Origin: Tubulanus polymorphus | Lineage: Eukaryota > Animalia > Nemertea | Direction of reading: 5' to 3' | NCBI RefSeq assembly: GCF_964204645.1 | Contig: NC_134033.1 | Span: forward strand, 4,550,231-4,614,230 | DNA: 64,000 nucleotides | Shown: one piece after another, positions 63,159 through 64,000 of the stretch | Layout: the number at the start of each line of letters is the position of its first letter | Position numbering within the stretch: position 1 is the first letter of the stretch | Position numbers and translations under genes: made by a program | The notes under the pieces: generated by a model | What the model was told of the DNA's origin: nothing | Seen by the model: only the letters and a program-made list of their open reading frames with translations | Databases searched by the model: none

Positions 63159-64000
63159 ATTATCGAAAGGTTTCAATAACCATTTAAGCGATTGAATATA
63201 AGTAATTTCATTTCTGGTCACCAGTGGTTTGATAACTTTAAATGCGTCGTGGTCCATTGTCAGTATAGCGCCATATTGATGACGATATTGAAATTTGTTG
63301 ATCAGATTTTTCATATCACTTTCTATATTGAAGTTGATTCTTACTATTTCGGCGCGGATGCTGTGACACATTTCTCTAGCACTCCGAATATTCAAACCTC
63401 GATTGTTTTTCCAGTCTGTTAGTATTTGATAACATTGTCCGGTAATAGTTACCAAACCTCTTGGACAGGTTGAATTAATTAAAGTAACATCGGGAATCAT
63501 TTGATCTATTGTTTTATTCAAGCTTGTATTTGTTGAATTGTTCGCATCGTTTATCTTTAAATCGTTTTTGAAGTCGATTCTCTCAGATTCACAAATGAAT
63601 GTCGTGTGCGTCTCTTCGATTTGACACGGGAATCGAACCCAGTTCGCTGATCCTCGTGGGTTATTCAGTATCATCGCCGTACACGGCATATTGACGTCAT
63701 TTATCGGTTGTTTTCTTAACGGAGATATCAATCCTCGAATAACTTCTGGTATCGTTTCATTAATAACAGGTTTATACCACTCTGTGTAGCTCAATGGTTT
63801 ACCGTCAGTCCACGTGTAATAACCATCATTCTGTTTCGTGAAGAAAATTAAATATATCACTTCTTTAAAAATCTTTCGATTATAATTCATATTGGAATAC
63901 ATTAGTCTTACCTTCCATTTTAATCCAATCATCATTATGAGCGCTTTTAATGAGTACGCCATTCGGAGAAGTTCTGTAGCGAATAATCTTTTGATGGAAA
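63159..64000 (-). pseudogene. Receptor copy C, upstream part (C-type lectin region); continues beyond the window
   Basis: Aligns with about 33810-34660 of copy B. Confidence 0.93.

Overview
Eukaryotic genomic DNA, probably from a marine invertebrate (inferred from gene and repeat content). 1-17 kb: terminal exon of a Tyr-motif-rich protein, three single-exon rhodopsin-class GPCRs, transposon relics and an inverted 7TM gene fragment. 20-64 kb: a minus-strand tandem array (unit about 8.7 kb without insertions) of a ~1,950-aa CUB/C-type lectin/LDLa/LRR/7TM receptor gene (GRL101-like). All three copies are disabled, and the array carries two LINEs and an EnSpm-like element. The third copy is split by an 18,049-bp AT-rich Polinton/Maverick-type endogenous virus (45110-63158, 6-bp TSD ATTATC) encoding pPolB, integrase, packaging ATPase, probable major and minor capsid proteins, an HNH nuclease and several membrane proteins, with no recognisable adenain protease. 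Two features of this element stand out. (1) Each end is its own fold-back hairpin (187 and 406 bp). Transition mismatches are almost all oriented as G-T wobbles on the strand whose 3' end lies there, and the right tip carries GCGNAGC mini-hairpin ears, suggesting parvovirus-like self-priming termini. (2) 14 of 17 ORFs start in a poxvirus-late-like TAAATG motif although no RNA polymerase is encoded, suggesting a virophage-like dependence on a helper large DNA virus. Both mechanisms are inferences.
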